Below, in pieces: positions 27,733-37,645 of a DNA stretch of 63,863 nucleotides. Within the stretch, counting starts at the first letter, position 1. Each line of letters begins with the position of its first letter. Source of the DNA: Cloacimonetes bacterium UBA3900 (lineage in GTDB: Bacteria > Cloacimonadota > Cloacimonadia > Cloacimonadales > Cloacimonadaceae); assembly GCA_002391675.1 (NCBI GenBank), contig DGFM01000038.1:1-63863 (forward strand), written 5' to 3'. The translations under genes were made by a program, and so were the position numbers. The notes beneath the pieces are model-generated. The model searched no databases. It was given only the letters and a program-made list of their open reading frames with translations, and was not told the origin of the DNA.

Positions 27733-28968
27733 ATGAACCTTACCTATGACAAACTGCAAGACTTGGAGCGCAGATTAGGCGATTCTTGGTATATTCTGGA
27801 CCTTGACCGGTTTGTGGCTAATTACAACGATTTCTTGGCGGCGTTTCGCAAGTATTACCCAAATACCCAAATAGCATATTCCTACAAAACAAATTATACT
27901 CCTTTACTGGGGAAGACTGTGAATGAGCTGGGCGGATATGCCGAAGTCGTTTCAGAGATGGAATACCTTCTGGCAATCGATATAGGTGTTCAGCCGGAAA
28001 ACATTATTGTAAATGGTCCCTATAAACCTTATCGTGCCTTAGAGTTGTATCTTGAGAGCGGGAGCGTCGTTGTCTTGGATTCTTACCAAGAGTACAAAGA
28101 TACAATTCAGATCGCGAAGTCAAATCATGGTAAACCTCTGAGAGTCGGCTTAAGATGCAATTTCCCCTTATCCGGCTATCCAAATTCCAGGTTTGGCTTT
28201 GATATCAATAATCCCAAGTTTTACGATATTGCCAGAGAGCTTAGTTTAAATAACAATATCGTGCTGGAGGGAATTCATTCGCATTTTCCCTATCGGGACG
28301 TGAACACCTTTTATGAAAGAGTTGAGCGGATGTTTGAAGTATACGACAATGTGTCAGAATTCTGTGATTTGAAGTTTATTGATATGGGCAGTGGCCTGGG
28401 TGGCAGGACGAGCGATGAGTTGGTCAAGCTATTGGGCATCAAAAAGGTGGATTATCAAGACTATGCTGATGTGGTGGCTCATCAGTTTCAAAAGAGATTT
28501 GGGGCTGGTGAACAGGCTCCACAATTGATAATGGAGCCTGGCACTGCACTCGTCGCAGACACCATGTCATATATATGCAAGGTGATTGAGATCAAGAAGG
28601 TCGGGGATAGCAATATTGCCATCACATCTGGGTCCAAAGTTAACTACCATTCGCGCACTTCAAAGCTCAATATGCCAATACAGGTCTATTCCGATGGCCA
28701 TCAAGCTTCGGATCACCTTGATTCCGCGGATATTTCCGGTTATACCTGCATGGAAGAGGATTATATCTATCGGGCATATCAGGGCAATTTGAAAATCGGT
28801 GACTATATCCGAGTCGACAATGTTGGCTCATATTCAATCGTATTCAAGCCTCCTTTTATCAATCCCAATGTTCCCATCATCGCGTATAGTAAAGGTAGTT
28901 ATGATGTGATAAAAGAGGCTGAGGATTTTGAGTATGTTTTTCAACTGTACAAGAGGAAAACTAAATGA
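27733..28968 (+). CDS. PLP-dependent decarboxylase, Orn/DAP/Arg decarboxylase (fold III) family
   Basis: Starts MNLTYDKLQ... and contains YSYKTNY (PLP Lys region), HSHF and EPGTALVAD. The ORF-track N-terminal extension from 27622 merely translates the repeat element. Confidence 0.8.
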   Translation: MNLTYDKLQDLERRLGDSWYILDLDRFVANYNDFLAAFRKYYPNTQIAYSYKTNYTPLLGKTVNELGGYAEVVSEMEYLLAIDIGVQPENIIVNGPYKPYRALELYLESGSVVVLDSYQEYKDTIQIAKSNHGKPLRVGLRCNFPLSGYPNSRFGFDINNPKFYDIARELSLNNNIVLEGIHSHFPYRDVNTFYERVERMFEVYDNVSEFCDLKFIDMGSGLGGRTSDELVKLLGIKKVDYQDYADVVAHQFQKRFGAGEQAPQLIMEPGTALVADTMSYICKVIEIKKVGDSNIAITSGSKVNYHSRTSKLNMPIQVYSDGHQASDHLDSADISGYTCMEEDYIYRAYQGNLKIGDYIRVDNVGSYSIVFKPPFINPNVPIIAYSKGSYDVIKEAEDFEYVFQLYKRKTK

Positions 28969-29906
28969 AAGGCAAGAATAAAGACATGGTGTTTTTCAGA
29001 GGCGACTTCGTTCCCTCTGCTGAGGCTAACATCAGCATCCTGTCTGCCGTGGCTCAATACGGGATGAACGTATTTGAAGGTCTCAGGGGTTATTACAACC
29101 ATGATTCTCTCACCATGAACGTGTTTCAACTGCCTGAGCACATCTCGAGGTTGCTGTGTTCTGCCAGGATGCTCAAGTTCAAGTTAGACCCAGCTCACAC
29201 TCAAGCTTATATAGAACAAAAAGTGAAAGAGCTCATCAAACTGAATGCCCATACCGAAGATATTTACATCAGGGTCTGCCTGTTCTTGGATAACTTTTGG
29301 GGCTGGAGTTCTCAAGATCCTGTGGGGCTGATTATCAATACTTTTCCCAAAGATAGAGCTTTTACCGATTTGAAGGGGCTCAAGTGTTGCGTTTCATCCT
29401 GGCGGCGCATCAACGATTCCTCTTTCCCGCCTCGAATCAAAGCTGGGCCCAATTATCTGAACAGCAGATTATCTCTGTTGGAGGCTAAGCAAAACGGATA
29501 TGATTATCCCATTTTGCTCAATGACAGGTCTACTGTAGCCGAGGGCCCGGGAGCTTGTCTCTTTATCGTAAGAAACGGCTCTTTAATAACGCCACCCGTT
29601 TACGCTTCTGTGCTTGAGAGCATTACCAGAAATGCGGTAATTGATGTGGCGCGCAGTATCCTCAAGGTACCCGTGATGGAAAGAGAGATTGACAGGACTG
29701 AGCTATATTTGGCGGATGAGATATTCTTTGTAGGTACTGCTATAGAGATAATGCCTGTAGAGAGCGTGGATGGAATACAGGTTAAAGATTTTAGGCCGAG
29801 GCCAATAACCAGAGAGATTCTGAAGCACTACTTCAAGATAGTGAGAAGTGAGAGCGAACACTTTGCCAGGTGGAATACACCCATAAAAATGACACAGGAG
29901 GCTTAA
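28965..29906 (+). CDS. Class IV aminotransferase (BCAT/D-amino-acid aminotransferase family)
   Basis: VFEGLRGYY, a PNYLNSRLSLLEAKQNGYDYPILLN-like core, GSLITPP...ESITR and EIFFVGTA. ATGA overlap with the decarboxylase gene. Confidence 0.8.
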   Translation: MKGKNKDMVFFRGDFVPSAEANISILSAVAQYGMNVFEGLRGYYNHDSLTMNVFQLPEHISRLLCSARMLKFKLDPAHTQAYIEQKVKELIKLNAHTEDIYIRVCLFLDNFWGWSSQDPVGLIINTFPKDRAFTDLKGLKCCVSSWRRINDSSFPPRIKAGPNYLNSRLSLLEAKQNGYDYPILLNDRSTVAEGPGACLFIVRNGSLITPPVYASVLESITRNAVIDVARSILKVPVMEREIDRTELYLADEIFFVGTAIEIMPVESVDGIQVKDFRPRPITREILKHYFKIVRSESEHFARWNTPIKMTQEA

Positions 29907-30704
29907 ATGGAGTATATCTCGATAACTAATGACCCAATGGTTGCCCGGCTCTTCGAATCTGCCGGTATCCATGATGTGATGGTTGATCTTGAGATAATAG
30001 GGAAACAGGAAAGGCAAAAGGGGTTGAATACGGTCATATCTTGTCACTCAATGGATGATATCAGCACCATCAGAAATGTCTTAACACAATCCAATTTGCT
30101 GGTGAGAGTCAATCCTATTCACGCCGGATCCAAGGATGAAATAGAGGAAGTGATTGCGAGGAAGGCAGATATCATTATGCTGCCAATGTTTACCACGGCA
30201 GAGGAAGTGGCGCAATTTGTAGAAATCGTTGATGGGCGTGCAAAGGTGTATCTCTTGCTTGAAACTGCCCAGGCAATGGTGAGAATAGACGACATATTGT
30301 CAGTCAAAGGAATTGATGCTATTCACATAGGGTTAAATGATCTGTCCATCAGTATGGGGCTTGATTTTTTGTATGAGCCTCTTATTGGCGGGATTGTGGA
30401 ATATATCTGTTCCAAGATTGGGGCTCACAAGATAAAATATGGCTTTGGAGGCGTATCCAGACTGAGCAGAGGAAAGCTTATCTTGTCAGAGCATTTCAGG
30501 TTAGGGTCTCAGATGGTTATCATCAATAGGGATTTTAGATATTACAAGGAAAGCTATGAGGAGATAATCCAAGCAGTGGACATGAAGCATGAGATAGATC
30601 TGATCAATGAATATCTGGAATCCCTGGTTACAAAAGATGCTGAATATCTTGAATCTAACAGTATAAAATTGGTGGCTGAGATTAAGAGCCAGATAAGGTC
30701 TTGA
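29907..30704 (+). CDS. HpcH/HpaI aldolase / citrate-lyase-beta-like family protein
   Basis: MVDLEIIG, RVNPIHAGS, ADIIMLPMFTTAEEV, LLLETAQAMVRIDDILSVKGIDAIHIGLNDLSISMG. The start immediately follows the preceding stop (TAAATG). Confidence 0.65.
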   Translation: MEYISITNDPMVARLFESAGIHDVMVDLEIIGKQERQKGLNTVISCHSMDDISTIRNVLTQSNLLVRVNPIHAGSKDEIEEVIARKADIIMLPMFTTAEEVAQFVEIVDGRAKVYLLLETAQAMVRIDDILSVKGIDAIHIGLNDLSISMGLDFLYEPLIGGIVEYICSKIGAHKIKYGFGGVSRLSRGKLILSEHFRLGSQMVIINRDFRYYKESYEEIIQAVDMKHEIDLINEYLESLVTKDAEYLESNSIKLVAEIKSQIRS

Positions 30705-30886
30705 GTATGGACACTCTAAGTATGTCTGTAAAACATTCAATGAGGATCAGTTAATAATAATATGGGGAGACAATGTAGATGGACTGTTGTTGCTCATATC
30801 CGTACCCAAGCTTTGGGTGTGGAGCTTCCCATATGCTTTGATTGCTCCAAATTAATTGTAGGGATACATAGGAGATAGGATTAACG

Positions 30887-32209
30887 ATGAGATTGGTGAT
30901 GTTATGCCACTTTTCAAACCCGAAAGTGAGAAGTCGCCTAAATCTATTGTCAAGAAACAGGCTGACGGCAAGAAACTTCTTTAAAAAACGCTCCCAAGCT
31001 GTTTATTCTGATTTTGCACCCTGGGTTTCAAGTTTAATCCTTGAGCTTGAGCATTTTAAAGAGCATGAGTTCCACATTGTATCTCCCCATAGAGGTATGG
31101 CGAGGATGTGTCAGGAGTTTAATCTTGATGGCATTCACTATCATTTTTACAATCCGGATCATCTAAAAAATTATGATTCATTTATGACAAAAACGTTCCC
31201 CAACTCAATGAACCATTATCTGCTCAATAGATATCTCGTTAAGCGCATCATCAGGAAGATAAAACCTGACATCGTAAACCTTATTGGAGCTGAGAATCCC
31301 TACTACTCCAGTGCAGCTCTCGATATTAAGGGAATTCCTATTTATCTCACCGTGCAAACCGTTTATTCAAACGATAATGCAAAACAGTTGTCGGGTTCCC
31401 TTGATCCCTATAGAGCGGCATTGGAAAAGGAGCTGTACCGTAGAGTGTACTACGTTGGCTGTGAAGGTAAAATGCACTATGATTTGATCCGGAAAATGAA
31501 TCCTGAAATTACAATCTTTAAGATGCTTTTTCCCTACAAAAAGCCGGCCTTAGTGGAAGCAGTCGAACCGGAGTTTGACTTTGTAAATTTTGCGGGCAGG
31601 ATGGGGGAATCAAAGGGCGGTCTCGACGCATTAGAGGCTCTCGCGCATCTGAAAAGGCAGGGAATAACAGCTTCACTAAATCTGGTGGGAAGAGCTGCTC
31701 CTGAGTATCAGAGAAAAATGGAAACGTTTGTCAAAGATAACGGCCTATCCGATCAGGTAACCTTTTCGGGGTACTTTAAAGAGCATATTGATATGTTCAG
31801 GCAGGTCAAGAAGTCACGCTTTGCTTTGCTGCCAATAAAGCTGGATGTGATATCAAGCACGATCATTGAGGCAGCTCACCTTGGTTTGCCCATCGTTACC
31901 TATATCACCAGCGGAACCCCCTATCTCAATAGGGACGGCGAGGCTGTGTTGCTATCAAACATTGGAGATATTAAGGGGTTGGCCAACAATATGAAGAGGT
32001 TGCTTGAGAATCCTGAACTTGGGGAAACGCTAAGTAATGCTGCCACTCGCTTGGTCGATAAGGATTTTGATAATAGAAAATCAACCAAGAGTTTGCTGGA
32101 CAACTTTGCAGCAATCCTTGAATATGAGCGAAATGGAACACCTATACCAGAGGAGATGCTCTTTAACCCGGATGATTATCCAGACTACAAAGGAGTGTAT
32201 GGCGGCTAA
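30887..32209 (+). CDS. Glycosyltransferase (GT-B, GT4-like)
   Basis: GT-B C-terminal domain: GRMGESKGGLDAL...LNLVGR...SSTIIEAAHLGLPIVTY. Confidence 0.7.
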   Translation: MRLVMLCHFSNPKVRSRLNLLSRNRLTARNFFKKRSQAVYSDFAPWVSSLILELEHFKEHEFHIVSPHRGMARMCQEFNLDGIHYHFYNPDHLKNYDSFMTKTFPNSMNHYLLNRYLVKRIIRKIKPDIVNLIGAENPYYSSAALDIKGIPIYLTVQTVYSNDNAKQLSGSLDPYRAALEKELYRRVYYVGCEGKMHYDLIRKMNPEITIFKMLFPYKKPALVEAVEPEFDFVNFAGRMGESKGGLDALEALAHLKRQGITASLNLVGRAAPEYQRKMETFVKDNGLSDQVTFSGYFKEHIDMFRQVKKSRFALLPIKLDVISSTIIEAAHLGLPIVTYITSGTPYLNRDGEAVLLSNIGDIKGLANNMKRLLENPELGETLSNAATRLVDKDFDNRKSTKSLLDNFAAILEYERNGTPIPEEMLFNPDDYPDYKGVYGG

Positions 32210-32224
32210 AACAAGCCCAGGTTC

Positions 32225-32434
32225 TTGCCCAAAATTATTTTAGATACCAGATGCGCAATGTCCAACATATACTACCCGTTAGCCTTGCAATCGTCAATAA
32301 ACGGTATAAATGCAACTGTCATGGTATGTTATCAGATAAAGATTACTCTTGGAGTGACCGTTGGTATGGACTCAGCGATTACAAAGGGCGCGCCGGTTGC
32401 TGGAGTATGGGTGGGTAAAACCGCGAGGAACTGA
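32225..32434 (+). pseudogene. Possible remnant of a hexapeptide-repeat (LbH) acetyltransferase C-terminus
   Basis: The 69-aa ORF ends ...INGINATVMVCYQIKITLGVTVGMDSAITKGAPVAGVWVGKTARN. This resembles the C-terminal IG.gsvV.kd.P...v..G.PAr end of LbH acetyltransferases, but the ORF is far too short to be a complete enzyme. Confidence 0.35.
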
Positions 32435-32435
32435 A

Positions 32436-33497
32436 ATGAAAGACAAAATAAAACAACTTAGCATTGATGCTTCATCTTCCATTAGCTCTGCCCTCCAAAA
32501 AATGGATGCCATTGAAAGAAAGCTGCTCATAGTTACCGATAAAGAGCGTTTCTATAGTATTCTCAGTATAGGCGACATACAGCGAGCCATTATCAAGGGT
32601 GTTGACCTAAAAAGTCCCATCATCAATATTCTTAGAGACGAGGTCGGAGTAGCGTCTCCCAAGGATGACATGGAAGCTGTGAGACAGACGATGCTCATGG
32701 AAAGAAACGAGTATATGCCCATAGTTGATGAATGGGGGAATGTAGAAAAAGTGCTTTTTTGGGAAGATTTGTTTTCTGATCATGCGTCACCGGTCAAAAA
32801 GAAGCTGCAGCTTCCTGTTTTGATCATGGCGGGTGGGATTGGTTCCAGGCTCAGGCCTTTAACCAATGTTTTCCCTAAGGCTTTGATTCCCATCGGGGAA
32901 AAGTCTATTATTGAACAGATAATTGACTCCTTTATTGAGTATGATTGTAGAGATTACTATGTGTCGGTAAATCATAAGGCAGAGATGATCAAGTTTTATC
33001 TCAAGGATGGAGCGGCTAAAGGAATAAGGATAAGCTATTTGGAGGAGGATGATTTTTGGGGTACCGCGGGCAGTATACGCTTGCTTGAGCCCTATGTGGA
33101 TTCCACTTTTTTTGTGAGCAATTGCGACATCCTGGTGGACCAAGACTATGCCGATATTCTGGAATTTCATAAAGCTAACCGTAATGAAATTACCATCGTG
33201 GGAGCCATGATGAGCCAGAAGCTGCCCTATGGTGTTATGCATACGGACAATAATGGGATGCTTATCAGGTTAGAGGAAAAGCCAGAGTTCTTTTACAAGA
33301 TCAATACCGGGCTTTATATCTTGGAGCCCTCCATCTTTGTTGATATTCCCCAGGGTGAAGTGTGTCAGATCACAGATATCATTCTTAAGCTGATTGGCCA
33401 AGAGCGCCGTGTGGGTATCTTTCCCGTGAGTGAAAACAGCTGGACAGATATGGGAAACTGGAATGAGTTTTTAAAACAAACGAAGGTACTGGAGTAA
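32436..33497 (+). CDS. CBS-domain-containing sugar-phosphate nucleotidyltransferase (PtmE-like architecture)
   Basis: An N-terminal CBS pair is followed by LIMAGGIGSRLRPLT...PKALIP and a nucleotidyltransferase fold. ATG 32436 is preferred over the upstream ORF start. Confidence 0.8.
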   Translation: MKDKIKQLSIDASSSISSALQKMDAIERKLLIVTDKERFYSILSIGDIQRAIIKGVDLKSPIINILRDEVGVASPKDDMEAVRQTMLMERNEYMPIVDEWGNVEKVLFWEDLFSDHASPVKKKLQLPVLIMAGGIGSRLRPLTNVFPKALIPIGEKSIIEQIIDSFIEYDCRDYYVSVNHKAEMIKFYLKDGAAKGIRISYLEEDDFWGTAGSIRLLEPYVDSTFFVSNCDILVDQDYADILEFHKANRNEITIVGAMMSQKLPYGVMHTDNNGMLIRLEEKPEFFYKINTGLYILEPSIFVDIPQGEVCQITDIILKLIGQERRVGIFPVSENSWTDMGNWNEFLKQTKVLE

Positions 33498-33697
33498 TGA
33501 AAAGGCTTCAGGCTAAATGGAAAAAATATTGGATAAGGGTTGTAGATTCGGATATGTTTTGTAAGATAACCGAGGGGATGGGAGCTTCCATGAACAACAA
33601 GCTATCGATCATAAAACGTGCCTCTTTCCAAGTCAGTTCTTGTGTAAAAAGGCATGGAAGAACAATAGCAGCAGGCCTGTACTATGAAACTGAGTAA
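33497..33697 (+). CDS. Small basic ORF (66 aa), uncertain
   Basis: It fills the only gap here, with a TAATG overlap to the upstream stop and a 14-nt overlap with the Wzy-like start. No recognisable motif. Confidence 0.25.
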   Translation: MKRLQAKWKKYWIRVVDSDMFCKITEGMGASMNNKLSIIKRASFQVSSCVKRHGRTIAAGLYYETE

Positions 33698-34976
33698 ATT
33701 AATCGACATTTTAGCCATCATGGTGATGGGATTTCTCTTTTCAGGACTGTTTGCTTACTTCTTTACCACAAAATCCTTCTTGGGGTTTAATTTGTTGAGA
33801 AGAGATCTGATATTCTTTCTCTTTTACTTGCTCATATTTATCAGGTCTCCCCAAGTCTATTTTAGCGACACAATGAAGCTAATATATCTTTATTACGCTA
33901 TCTTTTATTTGATGCGCATCAGTGGCCACTATGATATTGATAATCAGTGGTTTATGGCTTATCATTACCCTGTTTTTTCTGCAATTCTGATCCATAATTA
34001 CTATGTGGATTCAAAAGATTATCATAGCTATGCCAAGGTTGTTCTGGCTGCCCTCATCTTTGTCGGAATTTCTGCAATTTCCAATATCTATACTCTTATT
34101 AGATATCCTGATGCCACAAGGATGTTGTCGGGAGAGAGTAGCGTGCTATATACCTATGGTTCATTAATATTTGCGAGTATTGGCAGATATGGGTTTGTTT
34201 CCGCTGTTCCCTTTATCATCCCCATGCTTGTTGCTTTCCATAAGAGTAGCGGGAAAACAAGCTTAAGGTTGGTTATCACCGTTTATATTTTGGTCATTCT
34301 AATTTCCCTGTTTTTATCATCGCTCACTGCCCCTATTTTGATAGCAGCACTTTGTTTGCTTTTTTCTCTTTCTGGTCAAAGGAGGTTTAAGGCTTCAATA
34401 CTGGTCTCAACGATATTGCTGGCCATCATTGCTGCTGTTCCTACGCATATAAAAAGTGACTTCTTCTACTCAATCTCTGAAATGGTTACTCAGAAGGACC
34501 TTTCCATGAAAATGAGAGATATTGGCTATGTGATAGAAACCGGGATAGACGTATCAAATCCTCTTTCTTCGGTTGAAGAAAGAGCCGTTAGAATACCGGA
34601 AAACCTCAAAGCATTTGCCTCAAATCCGCTATTCGGCACAGGCTATGAGGTTAATTCACATATCTTCTGGCTGAATAGGTTGGCGCAGGTGGGGCTCATC
34701 GGAACTATCCCGCTCATTCTTATTCTCTTCCGCCATATGAGGCTCTGCCTTAGGCGTTGCGATAGTTACTACCGCTTTTATCTCTTGGTGTCGTTTCTTC
34801 TGTTTATGGTGTCCGGTTTTATGAAGAACATCGTTGGTGATATGTTTTATTATCTCCTCTTGCTTGTACCCGGGATGTATTATCTGAGATACCTGAAGAA
34901 AAACAGTGTAGTAACTGCCAAAGGCTATAGTAGCCCCGTGGCAGTTAAAGCTATAAGCTTGGGTGGAGAAAACTAA
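33684..34976 (+). CDS. O-antigen polymerase/ligase-like (Wzy_C) membrane protein
   Basis: About 10 or more TM helices, with a periplasmic-loop motif GTGYEVNSHIFWLNRLAQVGLIG typical of Wzy/WaaL-family proteins. Confidence 0.7.
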   Translation: MKLSKLIDILAIMVMGFLFSGLFAYFFTTKSFLGFNLLRRDLIFFLFYLLIFIRSPQVYFSDTMKLIYLYYAIFYLMRISGHYDIDNQWFMAYHYPVFSAILIHNYYVDSKDYHSYAKVVLAALIFVGISAISNIYTLIRYPDATRMLSGESSVLYTYGSLIFASIGRYGFVSAVPFIIPMLVAFHKSSGKTSLRLVITVYILVILISLFLSSLTAPILIAALCLLFSLSGQRRFKASILVSTILLAIIAAVPTHIKSDFFYSISEMVTQKDLSMKMRDIGYVIETGIDVSNPLSSVEERAVRIPENLKAFASNPLFGTGYEVNSHIFWLNRLAQVGLIGTIPLILILFRHMRLCLRRCDSYYRFYLLVSFLLFMVSGFMKNIVGDMFYYLLLLVPGMYYLRYLKKNSVVTAKGYSSPVAVKAISLGGEN

Positions 34977-35175
34977 ATGATGGCAAATTGCAGATGTAGA
35001 GGTCTTTCAATAACTCCTTCTTGGGATAGGGGTTTCTTTATTTATGCAGGTGATAACAAGATTAAGGCTAATCACTCTTAGCAACAGTATGTTTCTGCCT
35101 TCTATCAAAAGTGCAGGCAAATTCACCCGACATTATGTCCATTAATAGCGAACAATCGATCAAAGGAATAATCAA

Positions 35176-36495
35176 ATGCCACAACAAAACTGTGCGAAAA
35201 TCCTAATCGTAGGCAAGAACTTTAATCACCAAACTGGTAGTGGGATAACCTTGTCCAACCTGTTCTCTTCTTATCCAAGAGACAGGATTGCAGTGGTAAC
35301 GGCATATAGAAACTCAGATCTTGGGTTTTGCAAAAGGGTGTATCGTTTAACTGCAAGGGACACAAAGTATCTGTTGCGTAGTCCCAAGTCGAGGCGGGAT
35401 TATGAGAGGGTGGTTTCCAAGTATTTACCCAGATCGCATAACAGTGTTTTGTTGGCTTGGAAAGACCGCTTGCTTGGCTTTATTAACTCCTACATTTTGG
35501 GCAGTATTTGCAGGATATTTAAGAAAATCTTTCGTATACGTTGCTTTCGTTTCTTTTACATATCAACTGCTTTATCAAGCTGGATAGAATCATTTGACCC
35601 TGACCTCATTTATACTCACTTAGGCGAGATATCTCACACTCTCCTTTTTGAACAAATAAGACTTGCTTACAAAAAGCCCTATGCTGTTCATATTATGGAC
35701 GATTGGTTTCAGTTTCATCCCGAGTGCAAACAGGATGGGCCTATGTATCCGATGGTGTGCAATCAGATTCAGAAAGCTTCCGTCCTTATGGCCATTTGTG
35801 ATGGTATGGCTACTGAATTCAAAAAGAGGTTTGGCAGGGAATTTCTTGCTTTTCATAACCCTGTGGACGTGGAGAGCCGAAAGCACTTGGTCAAAAGCGA
35901 TTGGTCAATCAAGAACGAAAGTTTCACTATCCTTTTTGCCGGTAGTTTGAAAAACAAGCTGCAGGACTATGCTGAGGTATGTAAAGCAATTGATGATTTG
36001 CGCCGGAAGCGCGACTATCGCATTTCTTTTCATTTATACACGATGGATCATGACTCTACTGAAGCAAGAAGACTCGAGGAGTTCCAGGGAGTCAAGGTTT
36101 TTGCTCACATACCAAATGACCAAATTGCAGCAATGTTGGTTGAAGCCGATCTGCTTTTGCTGAATCTTTCACTTGACGAAAATCAGGCTCGAATAGCGAT
36201 GTTTTCTATGCCGACTAAAACGAGCGAATATATGTATTCGGGCACACCCATCCTTGTTTACGCACACGCTGACAGTGCGCTCACCCTCTATGCGCAGGAA
36301 TATAACTGGGGCTTTGTGGTTACAGAAAGAGACAGCGAAAAGCTCAAAAAGGCGATTGCCGATTTGTATAAAAATGAAAGCCTAAGACAATCATTGGGGG
36401 AAACGTCACACTCCCTGGCTGTGACAAGGCACAACAAGGTTCAGGTTAGCCAGGATTTTTGTGAGCAGCTTAATAGACCTTTCAGAAGGCTGTAA
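35176..36495 (+). CDS. Glycosyltransferase (GT-B-like)
   Basis: ILIVGKNFNHQTGSGITLSNLF at the N-terminus, and FSMPTKTSEYMYSGTPILVYA (EX7E-like region) in the C-terminal domain. Confidence 0.55.
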   Translation: MPQQNCAKILIVGKNFNHQTGSGITLSNLFSSYPRDRIAVVTAYRNSDLGFCKRVYRLTARDTKYLLRSPKSRRDYERVVSKYLPRSHNSVLLAWKDRLLGFINSYILGSICRIFKKIFRIRCFRFFYISTALSSWIESFDPDLIYTHLGEISHTLLFEQIRLAYKKPYAVHIMDDWFQFHPECKQDGPMYPMVCNQIQKASVLMAICDGMATEFKKRFGREFLAFHNPVDVESRKHLVKSDWSIKNESFTILFAGSLKNKLQDYAEVCKAIDDLRRKRDYRISFHLYTMDHDSTEARRLEEFQGVKVFAHIPNDQIAAMLVEADLLLLNLSLDENQARIAMFSMPTKTSEYMYSGTPILVYAHADSALTLYAQEYNWGFVVTERDSEKLKKAIADLYKNESLRQSLGETSHSLAVTRHNKVQVSQDFCEQLNRPFRRL

Positions 36496-36526
36496 CACGA
36501 GGATGGGTAATTCAAGGTAAAGACGT

Positions 36527-37618
36527 ATGGCCGTAAAAGTTATGCACATTGTAGCTTCCCTTGGACGTGGCGGTAAAGAGCGTCAGGTGGCCAATATCAT
36601 CAAGCATAGTCCGCGAGATATTCAGAGTACTGCTATCGCCATTATCCCAAGCACAAAAAGTTATAGCCAGGAATATGGCATAGGCGACAAGGTAAGAATC
36701 CTAATTCGCTTGAAACGTGGGAAGAAGATTTTAAGGCCCTTTTTGTTTTTTTATGCATTGTGTAAACTTGTTACCTGTATCAAGAAGGATAAGCCCGATA
36801 TAGTGTGGGCTTGGGGAGATTATGATGCCCAGCTGTGCATTCTCGCATCATTGTTTACCCGCTTTAAGTTCATCAATGGCTCCATCCGGTACGGGGTAAA
36901 GAAGAATTTCAATTACAGGATGTTGCTGTTGAAGCTGTCTAAACGTAGGGTGGCAAATTCCAAAGCAGGCGCTTCGCTTTATGGGCTTGCCACCAGAATC
37001 CTGTATAATGGTATCGAATTTCCGGAAAGTATTGTGCATAATACGGATTTCGCACAGCTATCTTTCATATCTGTGGCAAATTTCATGCCCTATAAGGACT
37101 ATACTCCCATCATGAATGTGTTAGGCAAGCTCAAGGGGCAGGGATATATGTTTTCTTATACTGTGCTGGGAGACGGTCCCATGCGGAAGGTCGTAGAAGA
37201 ATCCATTGTACAAAATGGTTTGGAGAAAGAGGTGCGTCTCATGGGGAGGGTGCAGAACGTACAGGAAATGCTTGCAAAAGCTGATGTGTTTTTGCATTCA
37301 AGCGCAGCAGAGGGCTGCTCAAATGCAATAATTGAGGCTATGGGAGCCGGGCTGCCAATTGTTTCATCCAATGTGGGCGGTGTTTCGGAAACTGTAGCTG
37401 AAGAGGGTTCCTTCCTATATAGCTATAAAAACGAGGAGCAACTACTCAGTATTATCATGAGGTTCTTTGAAGACCCGGATATTATCTCCACAATGGGATT
37501 GAAATCAAGAGAAATGGCATTGAAGCGTTTTAGTATAGATGCCATGATCCAAGCTTACAGAGAGATCGTACATGATACGCTCGATAACAGATGGGATGAA
37601 AAAGCGGAGGTGTATTGA
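36527..37618 (+). CDS. Glycosyltransferase family 4
   Basis: VMHIVASLGRGGKERQ, then HSSAAEGCSNAIIEAMGAGLPIVSSNVGGVSE. Confidence 0.8.
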   Translation: MAVKVMHIVASLGRGGKERQVANIIKHSPRDIQSTAIAIIPSTKSYSQEYGIGDKVRILIRLKRGKKILRPFLFFYALCKLVTCIKKDKPDIVWAWGDYDAQLCILASLFTRFKFINGSIRYGVKKNFNYRMLLLKLSKRRVANSKAGASLYGLATRILYNGIEFPESIVHNTDFAQLSFISVANFMPYKDYTPIMNVLGKLKGQGYMFSYTVLGDGPMRKVVEESIVQNGLEKEVRLMGRVQNVQEMLAKADVFLHSSAAEGCSNAIIEAMGAGLPIVSSNVGGVSETVAEEGSFLYSYKNEEQLLSIIMRFFEDPDIISTMGLKSREMALKRFSIDAMIQAYREIVHDTLDNRWDEKAEVY

Positions 37619-37645
37619 TGGATCTTGTTTTTCATCGATCACTAA

